Assembly (NCBI GenBank): GCA_025057175.1
Contig: JANWYE010000001.1
Span: 1-59,339, forward strand
DNA: 59,339 nt
From: Chloroflexus sp.
GTDB lineage: Bacteria; Chloroflexota; Chloroflexia; Chloroflexales; Chloroflexaceae
Reading direction: 5' to 3'
Part shown: one piece after another, positions 28,450 through 37,820 of the stretch
Layout of the letters: every line of letters starts with the position of its first letter
How positions within the stretch are numbered: the first letter of the stretch is position 1
Position numbers and translations under genes: made by a program
The notes under the pieces: model-generated
Database searches by the model: none
What the model saw: only the letters and a program-made list of their open reading frames with translations
What the model was told of the DNA's origin: nothing

Positions 28450-29339
28450 ACTGCATCCTCATCATCGGTTGCCAATCCTTCAATCTCGGCGAGACTCTGC
28501 TGGCAAGCCATTTCGAGCCGGTTCAAACGGCGCTGGAATTGGTTGAGGGCAAAGGTGCTGAAGGTCTCGATCTGCAAATCGAAGGGCATCTTGTCATAGC
28601 TGGCAAAGATCTCGTCAATGACCCCCATCGCATGCAAGAGTAACTCGTTCATCCGCTCGACAATATGATCCCAAATGCGCGCATCGGTCGCGATCAAGCG
28701 CGAGAGCAGATAGATGCCGTAAGCAATGTGGCGCGACTCGTCTTGCTTGAGCAGGCGGATGCCCTCGCGGATGCCGGGCATGAGGTTGTGGGTGTCGAGG
28801 ATAGTAAAGTAGCCGTGGTAGCCGGTCTCGGCCAGCACACCTTCGACAATCATATTGTAGGTCAGCGACGCTTCGGCGAGGTTGAATGGCGAGGGATCTT
28901 GCTCAAGCCGATGCATCGCTGCTGGTAACGCTTCGTAGATCAGCGCGCGGTAGCTTGGAGTGTGATAGCGGCTGAGATCAGGATGGACACGCGCCACTTC
29001 GCTGATGAAGCGAGCGAAGAAATCGGTATGCTTGGCCTCTTCAAACAAGAAGGTGGTGAGGAACAGCTCCTCTTCCAAACGGCCATCGCGAGCGACAGCG
29101 CCAATCAGCGGCAGCAAGTCGAGCGTCACCGCTTCTTCACCGGCTTGGAAAAGAGCGGTCAAGCGCAAGAGCAGGTCGCGCTCTTCGTCGCGTAGTTGCT
29201 CCCAGTCGTGGCGATCGCGGCTGAGGTCAAGCAGCGACGGGTTCCAGATACCAAACTGCTTAGCTTTTTCAAACAGGCGCATCGGCGGGCTGTTACGGCG
29301 CAGGCCACGGCTGGTGGTGATGAAATCCGTGTGGGTCAT
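28446..29339 (-). CDS. R2-like ligand-binding oxidase (R2lox, ferritin-like Mn/Fe protein)
   Basis: WNP, AGEEAVTLDLLP, EEAKH, YNMIVEGVLAETGY and DESRH match the metal ligands and Tyr/Val crosslink residues of characterised R2lox proteins. Confidence 0.9.
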   Translation of the reverse strand: MTHTDFITTSRGLRRNSPPMRLFEKAKQFGIWNPSLLDLSRDRHDWEQLRDEERDLLLRLTALFQAGEEAVTLDLLPLIGAVARDGRLEEELFLTTFLFEEAKHTDFFARFISEVARVHPDLSRYHTPSYRALIYEALPAAMHRLEQDPSPFNLAEASLTYNMIVEGVLAETGYHGYFTILDTHNLMPGIREGIRLLKQDESRHIAYGIYLLSRLIATDARIWDHIVERMNELLLHAMGVIDEIFASYDKMPFDLQIETFSTFALNQFQRRLNRLEMACQQSLAEIEGLATDDEDAV

Positions 29340-29407
29340 CCTGTCCTCCTGATTCGTTCTCAAACCCAAAGACGCGCAGCAGAAGCAATGCTCTTTCGTC
29401 TCAGCGT

Positions 29408-32400
29408 TTACACGCTAGACGGCTCGATCAATACCAACCGCTCTAGCATAACCGTTCCAGCCCATAGCGCCACTTCCGGGATGGGCGAAGCGGCCAGCGC
29501 GGCTACGGCCTGTAATGCGGCAGCATTCGTCAACCCAGCGCAGTGTTGATCGAGCGCCATAATGGCGGCGTAGCGTACCGTTGGCGGTGGTTCATCAGCG
29601 CTGGCCAGATGGAAAAGGAAGCTAATGACTTCCTGATCAGCCTGCTGTTCGAGCGCAGCGATCGCGTGGCAACGCAATCGCGCTGCCACCGTTGGATCGC
29701 CGGCCACCGAGCGAATGAGCGGATCGGTAGGCGCAATAGCGCTGAGGTGTTGAAGGGCAAGGAACTTCAACACAGCCGAAGCCTGCGGGTTTGTGAGTGG
29801 TTGCCGGAGCGCCGGATGCAGCGGATCAGCAGCGGCGAGCAAGGGAAAGGCCTGCGTTTGCAGGGCTGGGTATGGAGAAAGCAACGCTTCAACAAACACC
29901 GGGATAGCTTCGCTGGCGGCGTTTGGGCTGAGCGCAGCGGCAGCGGCAAGCCGGACAGCGAGGTCGGGATGACTGCGCATGAGGCGGCCCAAAATTGGGA
30001 TAGCGGCCTCAGCGTGGGCAGCGAGGGCATTGACCGCTGCCAAGGCGCAGGCACGGTCAGCATCAAATGCCAGACGGTGCAAAAGGTTAACCGGCACTGG
30101 ACGGTCACTGCGGCTCAGCGCGCGGAGCGCTGCGCTGCGGATTGGGTCGGGCTGCACAGCAATCAATTCGATCAGCTGCTCAACCGGCGCCGCAACGATG
30201 GCATCGAGCGCTGCCGCGCGGATGGTCGGCGCTTCCTGATCATTAATGACGATAGCCATAAGCGCTGGCGTTATGGTTGGATTGGTGCTCCGACCTAATG
30301 CCTGCAGCGCTGCTAGCCGCACCGGTTCAGTGTTATCCGCGCCGGCGAGTCGCAGCAGCTTCTCGGTAATAGCCGGCTCGAACGGTGGGATCAAGCGGTC
30401 AAGCGCAGCGCAGGCAAGCTCGGCATCGGTTGCTTCCGCTAGTTTCAGCAGCGTATGTGTGCTATCAGGCCGTTCGGCGATCGCTTGCAGTGCCGCCGCG
30501 CGTAAAGGCGGGTCGCGTTGGGCTATGCGCGCGATAGTGACAAGGTCAATGGATGGATCGGCAGCCAGTAGTTCGGCTAATGGCCGGGGAGCGCTGGTGT
30601 CATGCAACGCAACGTTGGCTAGCGCGCCGATAGCCGGGGTTAGCGCGGGCTGGTTACGTCCAATTTGACCAAGCGCGCGCGCTGCGGCACTCGTAATCCA
30701 TAACACATGGCGGGCAATTAGAGCTGCAGGCCGGTCGAGCGGTCCTTCAACTGCGCCGGCCAGCGTATCAGTGGTCACAATCAGATCGGCCAAGAGCGCG
30801 CGGATGTTCGGTTCATGAGCTTGTGCCAACCATTGATCGCTCGGCCCGATCAACGCCGGTAGTGCGGTGATCCATGCTTCCAGCAGGTGAACGCCATAGG
30901 TTGGCGCGAGCAAGCTGCCCAAGCTGGTCAACGCCTGCTTGCCGCCGTGTTGGCTAAGCGCGGTGATAATGGTCGTGGTCAGTGTGGCGTCGAGGTCTGG
31001 TTGGCCGATAGCAGCGAGCAAGATGGAACGTGCAGCTAGCGCGGTAGGATGATGCGAACCGGCGAGGAGGCCAAGCGTTTGGGCGACTGCCCGGCGTACG
31101 AGCGGCGGATGCTGGCGGCCCAAGCAAGGACCGAGCAATACGGTTGCTTGCGGATGCTGCGCCAGTTTGCGTGCCGCAGCCGCGCGAACAACCGCCGGCT
31201 CATGTTCGGCGTGCAACAGGCGGGTAAGGAGTTCCCAGCCGTTCGGCAGACGGTGTAGCCGACCGATAGCGCGCAGGCGTAAATCAAGCGACAATCGGCT
31301 GCTCAGCGCGAATCCAGCCAGAAACGTATGGCCAGCGGGGGTAGCAGCTAGATCCTCAAGCGCTTCGTCACGGGCTTGCCACGACTGGTGCGGTTGGGCA
31401 ACAAAGCGTGCCAGTTGGTCAAGATGGCCGCTGCGCAACCAAACAGCGCGGACTGCCTGCCGCACCTCAGCGACCGGATCAACCGCCGCTTGCGCAAGCT
31501 CACCCGACGGTAATGCTGCCGGCGCAAGCGCGCGCAAGCTGGCCGGGAGGCCAGTGTGTAACAGTAACTGGCGCGCGATCAGGTGTTGCCGTTCGCTGCC
31601 CGCAGCGCCACTGAGTAACAGGCGTAAGCCAAGGTACAACGCCGGATCGGCTAATCGCTCGATGGTGCTGGGTTGGTTTATGGCGAGAAGGCAGCGACCG
31701 GCTTGGCTGATTAGATCAGCGTAAGCGGGCAATGGTGGCGGTAGCATTCGTTGCCGGCAGAGCAGATCAATCGCGTGCCAGCGCAGCGTAGGCGGAGCAT
31801 CGCTGGCGTCAAGCAGGGTGATGAGTAGTGATACGCTTGCCGCTGGCGCAAGCTGGTTCACAATCCGTTCGAGCAAGAAACTGGACTGATCCGGTTGGGT
31901 GCGGCAAATATCAATCAGAATCACCGGCAAGGCTGGCGCGAGGGTGGTTAATGCTTCACCGCCGTGCTGGCAAATGTCATCAAGCAGTGGCCGGCTGAGC
32001 GCCGGATCAAGCCGTGGCCGCTCGCGCAGGGCGCGCGCTAACAACAACAGCCGCTCTGTGGTTGTCAGGTTGGCCTCGTACAAGCTATTGATGATAGGAC
32101 GTGGATCTGGCGCAGCGCCGAATGCGATCGGCACGCATAGCGCGCGCCAATGAGGGCCGGCGTGGTGCAGTGCTGACGGATCGGGCGCAGGTTGGGTGGC
32201 AAGGGCGACCGCCTGCCGGTATCGCTGATAAGCGGTATACCCAATCCGCCAACTCGCTTGCTCGTCAATCGTTGTCAAAATCGGCGCCACAAAGGCGGCG
32301 GCCCGTTCGTACAAGGCGGCCCGTGAAACCGGCCAACCGCTAAGGGGCTGGGTTAGTGCCAGCAAGATCAATTCAGCCGGACGCTCGCGTAGCAAGATCA

Positions 32401-33100
32401 ACGGATCGCGATCAAACAGTGGCAGGATGTCAGATGGGGTGCTGTGCGGAAAGAGGTGTTGAATCCACGCTATCAACCGATCGGCATGCAGTGGCGCGAT
32501 GGCGTGATGGCGAAATCCCGGCCACAATTCTCCCGGCGGGAGTGTCATCACCACCCGCGCCTGCGGCCAGCGTTCGCTTAGCTGAGTCAGAAACCGTTGC
32601 CAGATCCCACGGCGGGCGAGTGGCAAATCTTCCCAATCGTCAATCAGCAGTAGGCAGGGTAGATTATGCTCGAGCGGATTAGGTGAGAGGTTCAACCTAG
32701 CGAGCGTGCGTGCAGTAATCGCTCGCGGTGTCAAGCTAGGGGTGTCAAGTTCGGTCAGCGACAGCCGCACCAATGGCACGCTAGGCTGATCATCTAACCA
32801 ACGCCGGGCAATTTGCGCAAGGACAAGGCTACGCCCACTAGCCGGCGGCCCAATAATGGCGAGGTGACTCGGCGCGTCGCATATCGTTGCCGGATCAACA
32901 TCGAGACCGAAAGGGAGTGCAAATGCTGCTGGCAGCATTTGCGCCAATGGCTCGCTCGCGAGCCAGCGTTCGATGGCTGCGCGCACATCACGCGGCAGCC
33001 GGCGCGGCAAAAACAGTTCGCGGAGCGCGCGCGGCACAAAATGGAGTTCAGGACCTTCGGCGCTCCGCTCGTGCATGTCTTCATTCCCCGGCAGTGACAC
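29408..33100 (-). CDS. Large protein with a degenerate N-terminal NACHT/STAND-like domain and C-terminal HEAT-like repeats
   Basis: LAIIGPPASGRS (Walker A with K to R), LLLIDDWEDL (Walker B), and many xVRxAAxxAL repeats. Confidence 0.78.
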   Translation of the reverse strand: MSLPGNEDMHERSAEGPELHFVPRALRELFLPRRLPRDVRAAIERWLASEPLAQMLPAAFALPFGLDVDPATICDAPSHLAIIGPPASGRSLVLAQIARRWLDDQPSVPLVRLSLTELDTPSLTPRAITARTLARLNLSPNPLEHNLPCLLLIDDWEDLPLARRGIWQRFLTQLSERWPQARVVMTLPPGELWPGFRHHAIAPLHADRLIAWIQHLFPHSTPSDILPLFDRDPLILLRERPAELILLALTQPLSGWPVSRAALYERAAAFVAPILTTIDEQASWRIGYTAYQRYRQAVALATQPAPDPSALHHAGPHWRALCVPIAFGAAPDPRPIINSLYEANLTTTERLLLLARALRERPRLDPALSRPLLDDICQHGGEALTTLAPALPVILIDICRTQPDQSSFLLERIVNQLAPAASVSLLITLLDASDAPPTLRWHAIDLLCRQRMLPPPLPAYADLISQAGRCLLAINQPSTIERLADPALYLGLRLLLSGAAGSERQHLIARQLLLHTGLPASLRALAPAALPSGELAQAAVDPVAEVRQAVRAVWLRSGHLDQLARFVAQPHQSWQARDEALEDLAATPAGHTFLAGFALSSRLSLDLRLRAIGRLHRLPNGWELLTRLLHAEHEPAVVRAAAARKLAQHPQATVLLGPCLGRQHPPLVRRAVAQTLGLLAGSHHPTALAARSILLAAIGQPDLDATLTTTIITALSQHGGKQALTSLGSLLAPTYGVHLLEAWITALPALIGPSDQWLAQAHEPNIRALLADLIVTTDTLAGAVEGPLDRPAALIARHVLWITSAAARALGQIGRNQPALTPAIGALANVALHDTSAPRPLAELLAADPSIDLVTIARIAQRDPPLRAAALQAIAERPDSTHTLLKLAEATDAELACAALDRLIPPFEPAITEKLLRLAGADNTEPVRLAALQALGRSTNPTITPALMAIVINDQEAPTIRAAALDAIVAAPVEQLIELIAVQPDPIRSAALRALSRSDRPVPVNLLHRLAFDADRACALAAVNALAAHAEAAIPILGRLMRSHPDLAVRLAAAAALSPNAASEAIPVFVEALLSPYPALQTQAFPLLAAADPLHPALRQPLTNPQASAVLKFLALQHLSAIAPTDPLIRSVAGDPTVAARLRCHAIAALEQQADQEVISFLFHLASADEPPPTVRYAAIMALDQHCAGLTNAAALQAVAALAASPIPEVALWAGTVMLERLVLIEPSSV

Positions 33101-33114
33101 TCACCTTGTCTTGT

Positions 33115-33333
33115 CTAGAAGAAGCCGCGACCGGCGCTCTTAGAAAGGCGTGGATCGAGCGTGCCGGCAAAGGCTTGCAAGCTTTCAGCATCAAGCCGCT
33201 CTAGCGCCTCAAGCTCTTCTTCCGTGAGATCATAACCGGCGCACGCAGCGCGCGCATCGGCGATCAATTGAGCGCGAAACTCGGCATCGACGACAGCGCG
33301 ACCGATGACTTGCTCAACGGCTGATTGTGACAT
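33115..33333 (-). CDS. Small NHLP-clan (nitrile hydratase leader-like; Os1348/Franean1_4349-like) protein, 72 aa
   Basis: MSQSAVEQVIGRAVVDAEFRAQLIAD...GYDLTEEELEAL matches the RAxxDxxFRxxLxxD...LTxEE pattern. GGGAGG RBS; starts 1 nt after the cyclase stop. Confidence 0.8.
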   Translation of the reverse strand: MSQSAVEQVIGRAVVDAEFRAQLIADARAACAGYDLTEEELEALERLDAESLQAFAGTLDPRLSKSAGRGFF

Positions 33334-33334
33334 G

Positions 33335-36300
33335 TTAGACCTCCCCTGCTTGTTCAGCCAGCCGGCGCAGTTCGCCGTTGGCGCCAATCGTAGCCAATTC
33401 ATTCTTGGCAAATTCTATATACGCACGAGCTTCAGGAAGGTTGCGTTGGTAAAGGGCATGACCGAAACGCGCGGCGGCGCAGGCGTGCTCGAAACGGCAA
33501 TTAATAGCCGTAAAGATCGTCATTGCGCGCGTGAAATAGTCACTAAATGGCTCGCCGCGTTCCGCAGCAATCTCTCCCATCAGTCGTAGAGCGACAGCCT
33601 GATCTAGCCGGCTACCGATCTGTTCGGCTTGTTCGGCGGCGCGCGCTGCGTATTCGGCGGCCGTTTGTAATAATCGTGCGCGCTCAGCATTTTGGTCGGC
33701 TTGGCGCGCCTGAGCCAACAGCGCTTCGGCAGACGCGCACAATGCCTCGACGATTAACTGCGGCACTTTAATGTGCTCGCCGATCTGGCAGGCCTCTGCG
33801 GCATAGGCAAGCGCAGTCTTCGGATCTCCATTCGCCGTTGCCGCCAACGCTGCCAAGGCTAAGGTGTTGCCATATTGGTAAGTATTTTGCAATTCGGTAT
33901 AGAGCTGTAACGCCTGTTGATAGGCGTGTAGCGCTTGCTGGTAGTCGCCGCGCGCGTAAGCGATAATACCGAGTGTATCATCAGCCTGAGCCATGCCAAG
34001 GCGATCCCCCATCTCTTCGCACAGCGCTAGCGCCTCGCGACACGCTGCTTCGGCTGCATCGTAGTTGGCCAACCGGTAGTGGGCGTAAGCGGTATTCAGC
34101 AACGCGCTCGAGAGAGCATATTTTGCGCTCCCTTTGCGCGCCAACTGCTCTGCCCGGGCGTAATGTTCGATCGCAACCGCATAATTACTCTGCAACTGCT
34201 CAAGATAACCGAGATTGTTGTTCGTGCGCGCGCAGCCGTGGACGTCGCCAATCGCCTCTTGCACGCTCAAGGCATTCAGGAAGTGGTAACGGGCGCGTTC
34301 GTAACGTCCTTGCATGCCGTGGATCATGCCCAGTTGTTGCTGAAGTTCAGCTTCGATCCACTCATCTTCGATACTGCGTTGATCATCGCGAATGCGCGAC
34401 AGTCCGGCTTCGCACATGGCGAGCGCTTCATCAAACGCGGAGAGGCGGGTCAGGGTTTGCGCTAGATCGGCGGCAATTGCCGCCAACAGCAATGGCGGTG
34501 TGCGGTTGATAGCTGCGCCGGCAATTGCTTCCGCCTTGCGCAAACGCTCAAGCGCCTCTTGATAGCGGCCTTGCTTTTCAAGCGCAGCGCCCCACGAACG
34601 CAACGTCTCTGCCTGTACGACCGGCGGCAACTGATCGTTCCCCAACTCTAGCAAGCGTTGGTACGTTTGTTGCGCCTCATCATATTTACCGATAGCCGCC
34701 AAGGTTTCGCCGAGCGCCTCCATCGCTTCCCACAGCCGCGGTTCATTGCCCCGTTCGCCGATAATGTCGAGCGCCCAGCGGTAATAGGTTATTGCTTGCT
34801 CATTCGCGTATTCGTCGCGGGCCAAATGGCCGGCCAGCAAGAGGTATTGGATGGCGCGTTCCGGCGCATCGCTCAGCCGGTAGTGGTGAGCCAGTAGATA
34901 AATCGGGCTAGCGATCGCGCGGACGGCGCGGGTCATGAGGGGGCCGTTCCGGCCAATCTGCACATACTGATGCTGGCGCGTAATGGCAAACTCGTGCCGG
35001 ATCTGGCGCAATTCTTCGGCATACCGTTGCTCAAGATACTCGCCAATCCGCCGGTGCAGTTCACGCCGGCGCGCAAAGAGCATGCTTTGGTAGGTGACTT
35101 CGTGTAGAAGCGCATGCCGGAAGGTATGAACCCGTTCTGGCACTTCTCGTTCGAGCAAGGTGAGTTCTTGAGCATCAAGCTGGCTGATGTATTCGATCAG
35201 CCGGCGAGTATCTTCGCCGTATACCGATTGCAGCACCGGCAGCGGAAATCGTTGGCCAACGACCGCTGCTACTCGCAACAAAGCCCGTGAGCGTTCATCG
35301 AGCTGATCGATGCGGGAGAGCAACAAACCGCTCAAGCTGTCGGGCAGTTCATCGAGATTGGTATTGCCCTGTTGCACTGCGCGCACTAGCTCTTCGATGA
35401 AGAGCGGGTTGCCGGCGGCGCGAGCAATAATTTGTGCTTGCACCTGTGGGTCAAGCCGGGCCCCAGCGGGAATAGCGGCAATCAGCGCCGCGCTATCTCT
35501 TGCCGGCAATTCGCTGAGGGTCAACACTTCAGCGCCATCGGCCAGAGGGTTGTCGTCCCATTGTAATGTGTCGCGGTGCAATCCGAGCAGAAAGATTCGG
35601 GCTTGCGCAATCGAACTCGCAATATATCGCCAGAGTTCGAGCGAGATCCGGTCAGCCCACTGTAAGTTGTCAAAGATAAGAATCAAACCATTGGCCGCCG
35701 CAGTGGTATGGACGATTGCGCGTATAATCTCAAATCGGCGCGTTTGCCGTTGCTGTGGCGAGAGCGAACGGGTCAGCGCGTTGTCGTCAATATCGAGTTT
35801 CACCAAATCGGCGACAATCGGCGCCCACTCGTCTTCAATTCCAGCCGCCGCCAGCGCCTTTCGCAAATGGGCAGCGCGGGTGGCTTGCTCGGCTCCAGCG
35901 GGAATCGCGCACAACGCTTGCAGGACATCACTCCACGGCGCGTAGGGAGTGCTCTGTTGGTATGACAAACAGCGCACGGTAACGATCTTGACCGAGCGGG
36001 GTGCGCTCGTCACCAGCAGTTCAGCCGCCAACCGCGTCTTGCCAATACCCGCTTCGCCACTTATCCGCGCGACCCGGCCACGACCGGCTAGGGCGATTGC
36101 CAAGCGCTCTTGTAACCAAGCAAGCTCATATTTCCGGCCAACAATAGCATGTTGGGTAGATGGAACGGGCGCTTCGCGGATGCCTACTAACCTGAGCAAT
36201 TCGATCGGTTCGCGCTTGCCGCGGGCGCTGATTACACGCGAGTCAGCGAAAGCGATGGTTGTGCCAACACTGATCGCAAACGGAGTTGTGGCCCGAATCT

Positions 36301-37663
36301 CGCCCCAGTCGCTGTGGGCCATGACTCGCGCTGCGACATTTACCGCGTCACCCATCACGGTGTATTCTTTGCGTTCAACGTCGCCAACGTTGCCGGCAAA
36401 GACGTTCCCGCTGTTGAGGCCGATCCGTAAGCGTAGATGATCAAGGGCGATGCCGGCTGGCTGGGCCGTGGTCAATGTCTGGAAGGCGCGCTGTAATTCG
36501 AGCGCGGCGCGGGCTGCGCGTTCGTGATGATCTTCTTGCGCGATTGGCGCGCCAAAGATGGCGAGGAGCTTGCTGCCTTCTGTCGCTAGATCAATTTTGT
36601 TGACATAACCGCCATACTGTTCAATCGCCGTGAAACAAACCCGCCACACTGCGTCGATCACGTGTGCTGTGGTTGTAGCCGGTAACGTCTCAACTAGCGG
36701 CGCTAACCCTTCAATCTGCGCAAACAAGATCGAAACTGGGCGCAGATCGGCTTCCAATTGGGGCCGCTGTGGCTCGGCGATAATCCGATCAACCAAGATC
36801 GGCGGGAGGTACGGGCTGAGCCGTTCGAGCGACCAGATGAGATGCAGAGCGGTGTCGCGGGTTGGCGGTGGTGGCACAGCGTGTGGCGGTGACGATACTT
36901 GCGGCGCATTGCCGGTAATTGCGTGCAACTTTATGTAACCATCGATGAGCGCATCGCCTGTTGCTCGCCCCTCGACCATCGCCCACGCCTGCGGCCCCAG
37001 CACAATCTCGCCTTTCCCACCCAATTCCTCGGCGCGCGCCACTCGCTCAACGCACGCGCCCATAGCGCTGTAACGCAGCGATTCAGACCTGCCGGCGCTG
37101 ACCAACGCCACTCGGCCACTCTCAACCCCGATATGCATCGTCAGGGGGAACGAGCCGATTCCGGGCACTTCGCGGACAAAGCCGGCTTGGGCGTCTAACA
37201 TGTCGCGCGCAACGACAGTTGCGGTGTAGGCGTGGTCAGGGTCGGTAAAGAGAACGAGCAGCGCATCGCCGCCAAACGTGAGCAGATCGCCGCCTGCCTG
37301 CTGGATCCGGCGAATCAACGCGCCAAAATAGGTATTGAGCGTATCGGTAACGATTTCGGCCCCTTCCCGGCCCAAACTGCTCAACCGTTCGGCTAACGCT
37401 GTCGAGCCGCTAATGTCAGCGAAGAGAAGGGTGCCGTCAACCCATTCAAGCCACGGCTGATTGTCGGTAGTTGCTAAACGGTAAGTAACTAGCCGGCGGG
37501 GGAGGTATGTTGTCAAAGCGTATTGCGCGTTGGCAAGGTGGGCACACGCTGCGTATAGCTCGTGTGGCCGCAATTCATTGCTCAGTAGTGCCTGAGCCTG
37601 CGTGGCGCCGAGGTAGCGGGCGATGCGGTTGCGATCGAGCTGAGTCAAGCTATGCTCTGACAT
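33335..37663 (-). CDS. Soluble adenylyl cyclase-like protein: two class III cyclase domains, STAND/AAA ATPase and TPR repeats
   Basis: C1: LFADISGST and FGGDALL. C2: NKID and EYTVMGDAVNVAAR. P-loop GEAGIGKT, Walker B IFDNLQWAD, GNPLFIEEL, C-terminal TPRs. Confidence 0.92.
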   Translation of the reverse strand: MSEHSLTQLDRNRIARYLGATQAQALLSNELRPHELYAACAHLANAQYALTTYLPRRLVTYRLATTDNQPWLEWVDGTLLFADISGSTALAERLSSLGREGAEIVTDTLNTYFGALIRRIQQAGGDLLTFGGDALLVLFTDPDHAYTATVVARDMLDAQAGFVREVPGIGSFPLTMHIGVESGRVALVSAGRSESLRYSAMGACVERVARAEELGGKGEIVLGPQAWAMVEGRATGDALIDGYIKLHAITGNAPQVSSPPHAVPPPPTRDTALHLIWSLERLSPYLPPILVDRIIAEPQRPQLEADLRPVSILFAQIEGLAPLVETLPATTTAHVIDAVWRVCFTAIEQYGGYVNKIDLATEGSKLLAIFGAPIAQEDHHERAARAALELQRAFQTLTTAQPAGIALDHLRLRIGLNSGNVFAGNVGDVERKEYTVMGDAVNVAARVMAHSDWGEIRATTPFAISVGTTIAFADSRVISARGKREPIELLRLVGIREAPVPSTQHAIVGRKYELAWLQERLAIALAGRGRVARISGEAGIGKTRLAAELLVTSAPRSVKIVTVRCLSYQQSTPYAPWSDVLQALCAIPAGAEQATRAAHLRKALAAAGIEDEWAPIVADLVKLDIDDNALTRSLSPQQRQTRRFEIIRAIVHTTAAANGLILIFDNLQWADRISLELWRYIASSIAQARIFLLGLHRDTLQWDDNPLADGAEVLTLSELPARDSAALIAAIPAGARLDPQVQAQIIARAAGNPLFIEELVRAVQQGNTNLDELPDSLSGLLLSRIDQLDERSRALLRVAAVVGQRFPLPVLQSVYGEDTRRLIEYISQLDAQELTLLEREVPERVHTFRHALLHEVTYQSMLFARRRELHRRIGEYLEQRYAEELRQIRHEFAITRQHQYVQIGRNGPLMTRAVRAIASPIYLLAHHYRLSDAPERAIQYLLLAGHLARDEYANEQAITYYRWALDIIGERGNEPRLWEAMEALGETLAAIGKYDEAQQTYQRLLELGNDQLPPVVQAETLRSWGAALEKQGRYQEALERLRKAEAIAGAAINRTPPLLLAAIAADLAQTLTRLSAFDEALAMCEAGLSRIRDDQRSIEDEWIEAELQQQLGMIHGMQGRYERARYHFLNALSVQEAIGDVHGCARTNNNLGYLEQLQSNYAVAIEHYARAEQLARKGSAKYALSSALLNTAYAHYRLANYDAAEAACREALALCEEMGDRLGMAQADDTLGIIAYARGDYQQALHAYQQALQLYTELQNTYQYGNTLALAALAATANGDPKTALAYAAEACQIGEHIKVPQLIVEALCASAEALLAQARQADQNAERARLLQTAAEYAARAAEQAEQIGSRLDQAVALRLMGEIAAERGEPFSDYFTRAMTIFTAINCRFEHACAAARFGHALYQRNLPEARAYIEFAKNELATIGANGELRRLAEQAGEV

Positions 37664-37719
37664 CGGCAGGCCGATCTAATGTATTGACAGTCAGATGGTT
37701 TTTTCGCGTGTCGCCTTCA

Positions 37720-37728
37720 ATTATAGCA
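37720..37728 (-). promoter_or_regulatory. Extended -10 promoter for the cyclase operon
   Basis: Minus-strand TGCTATAAT about 57 nt upstream of the cyclase ATG. Confidence 0.55.
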
Positions 37729-37820
37729 TGACGAACTGGGCGCTGACAGCCCCTTGTCTTAAACCACTGGTACTAATTTTGATCGTAGGCTGGAGTCGAT
37801 CAAGACACGGCTGGTAATAG

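Noticed and set aside
28446-29339. Ribonucleotide reductase beta subunit (nrdB/nrdF)
   Set aside because: The motifs fit R2lox and no R1 subunit is nearby.
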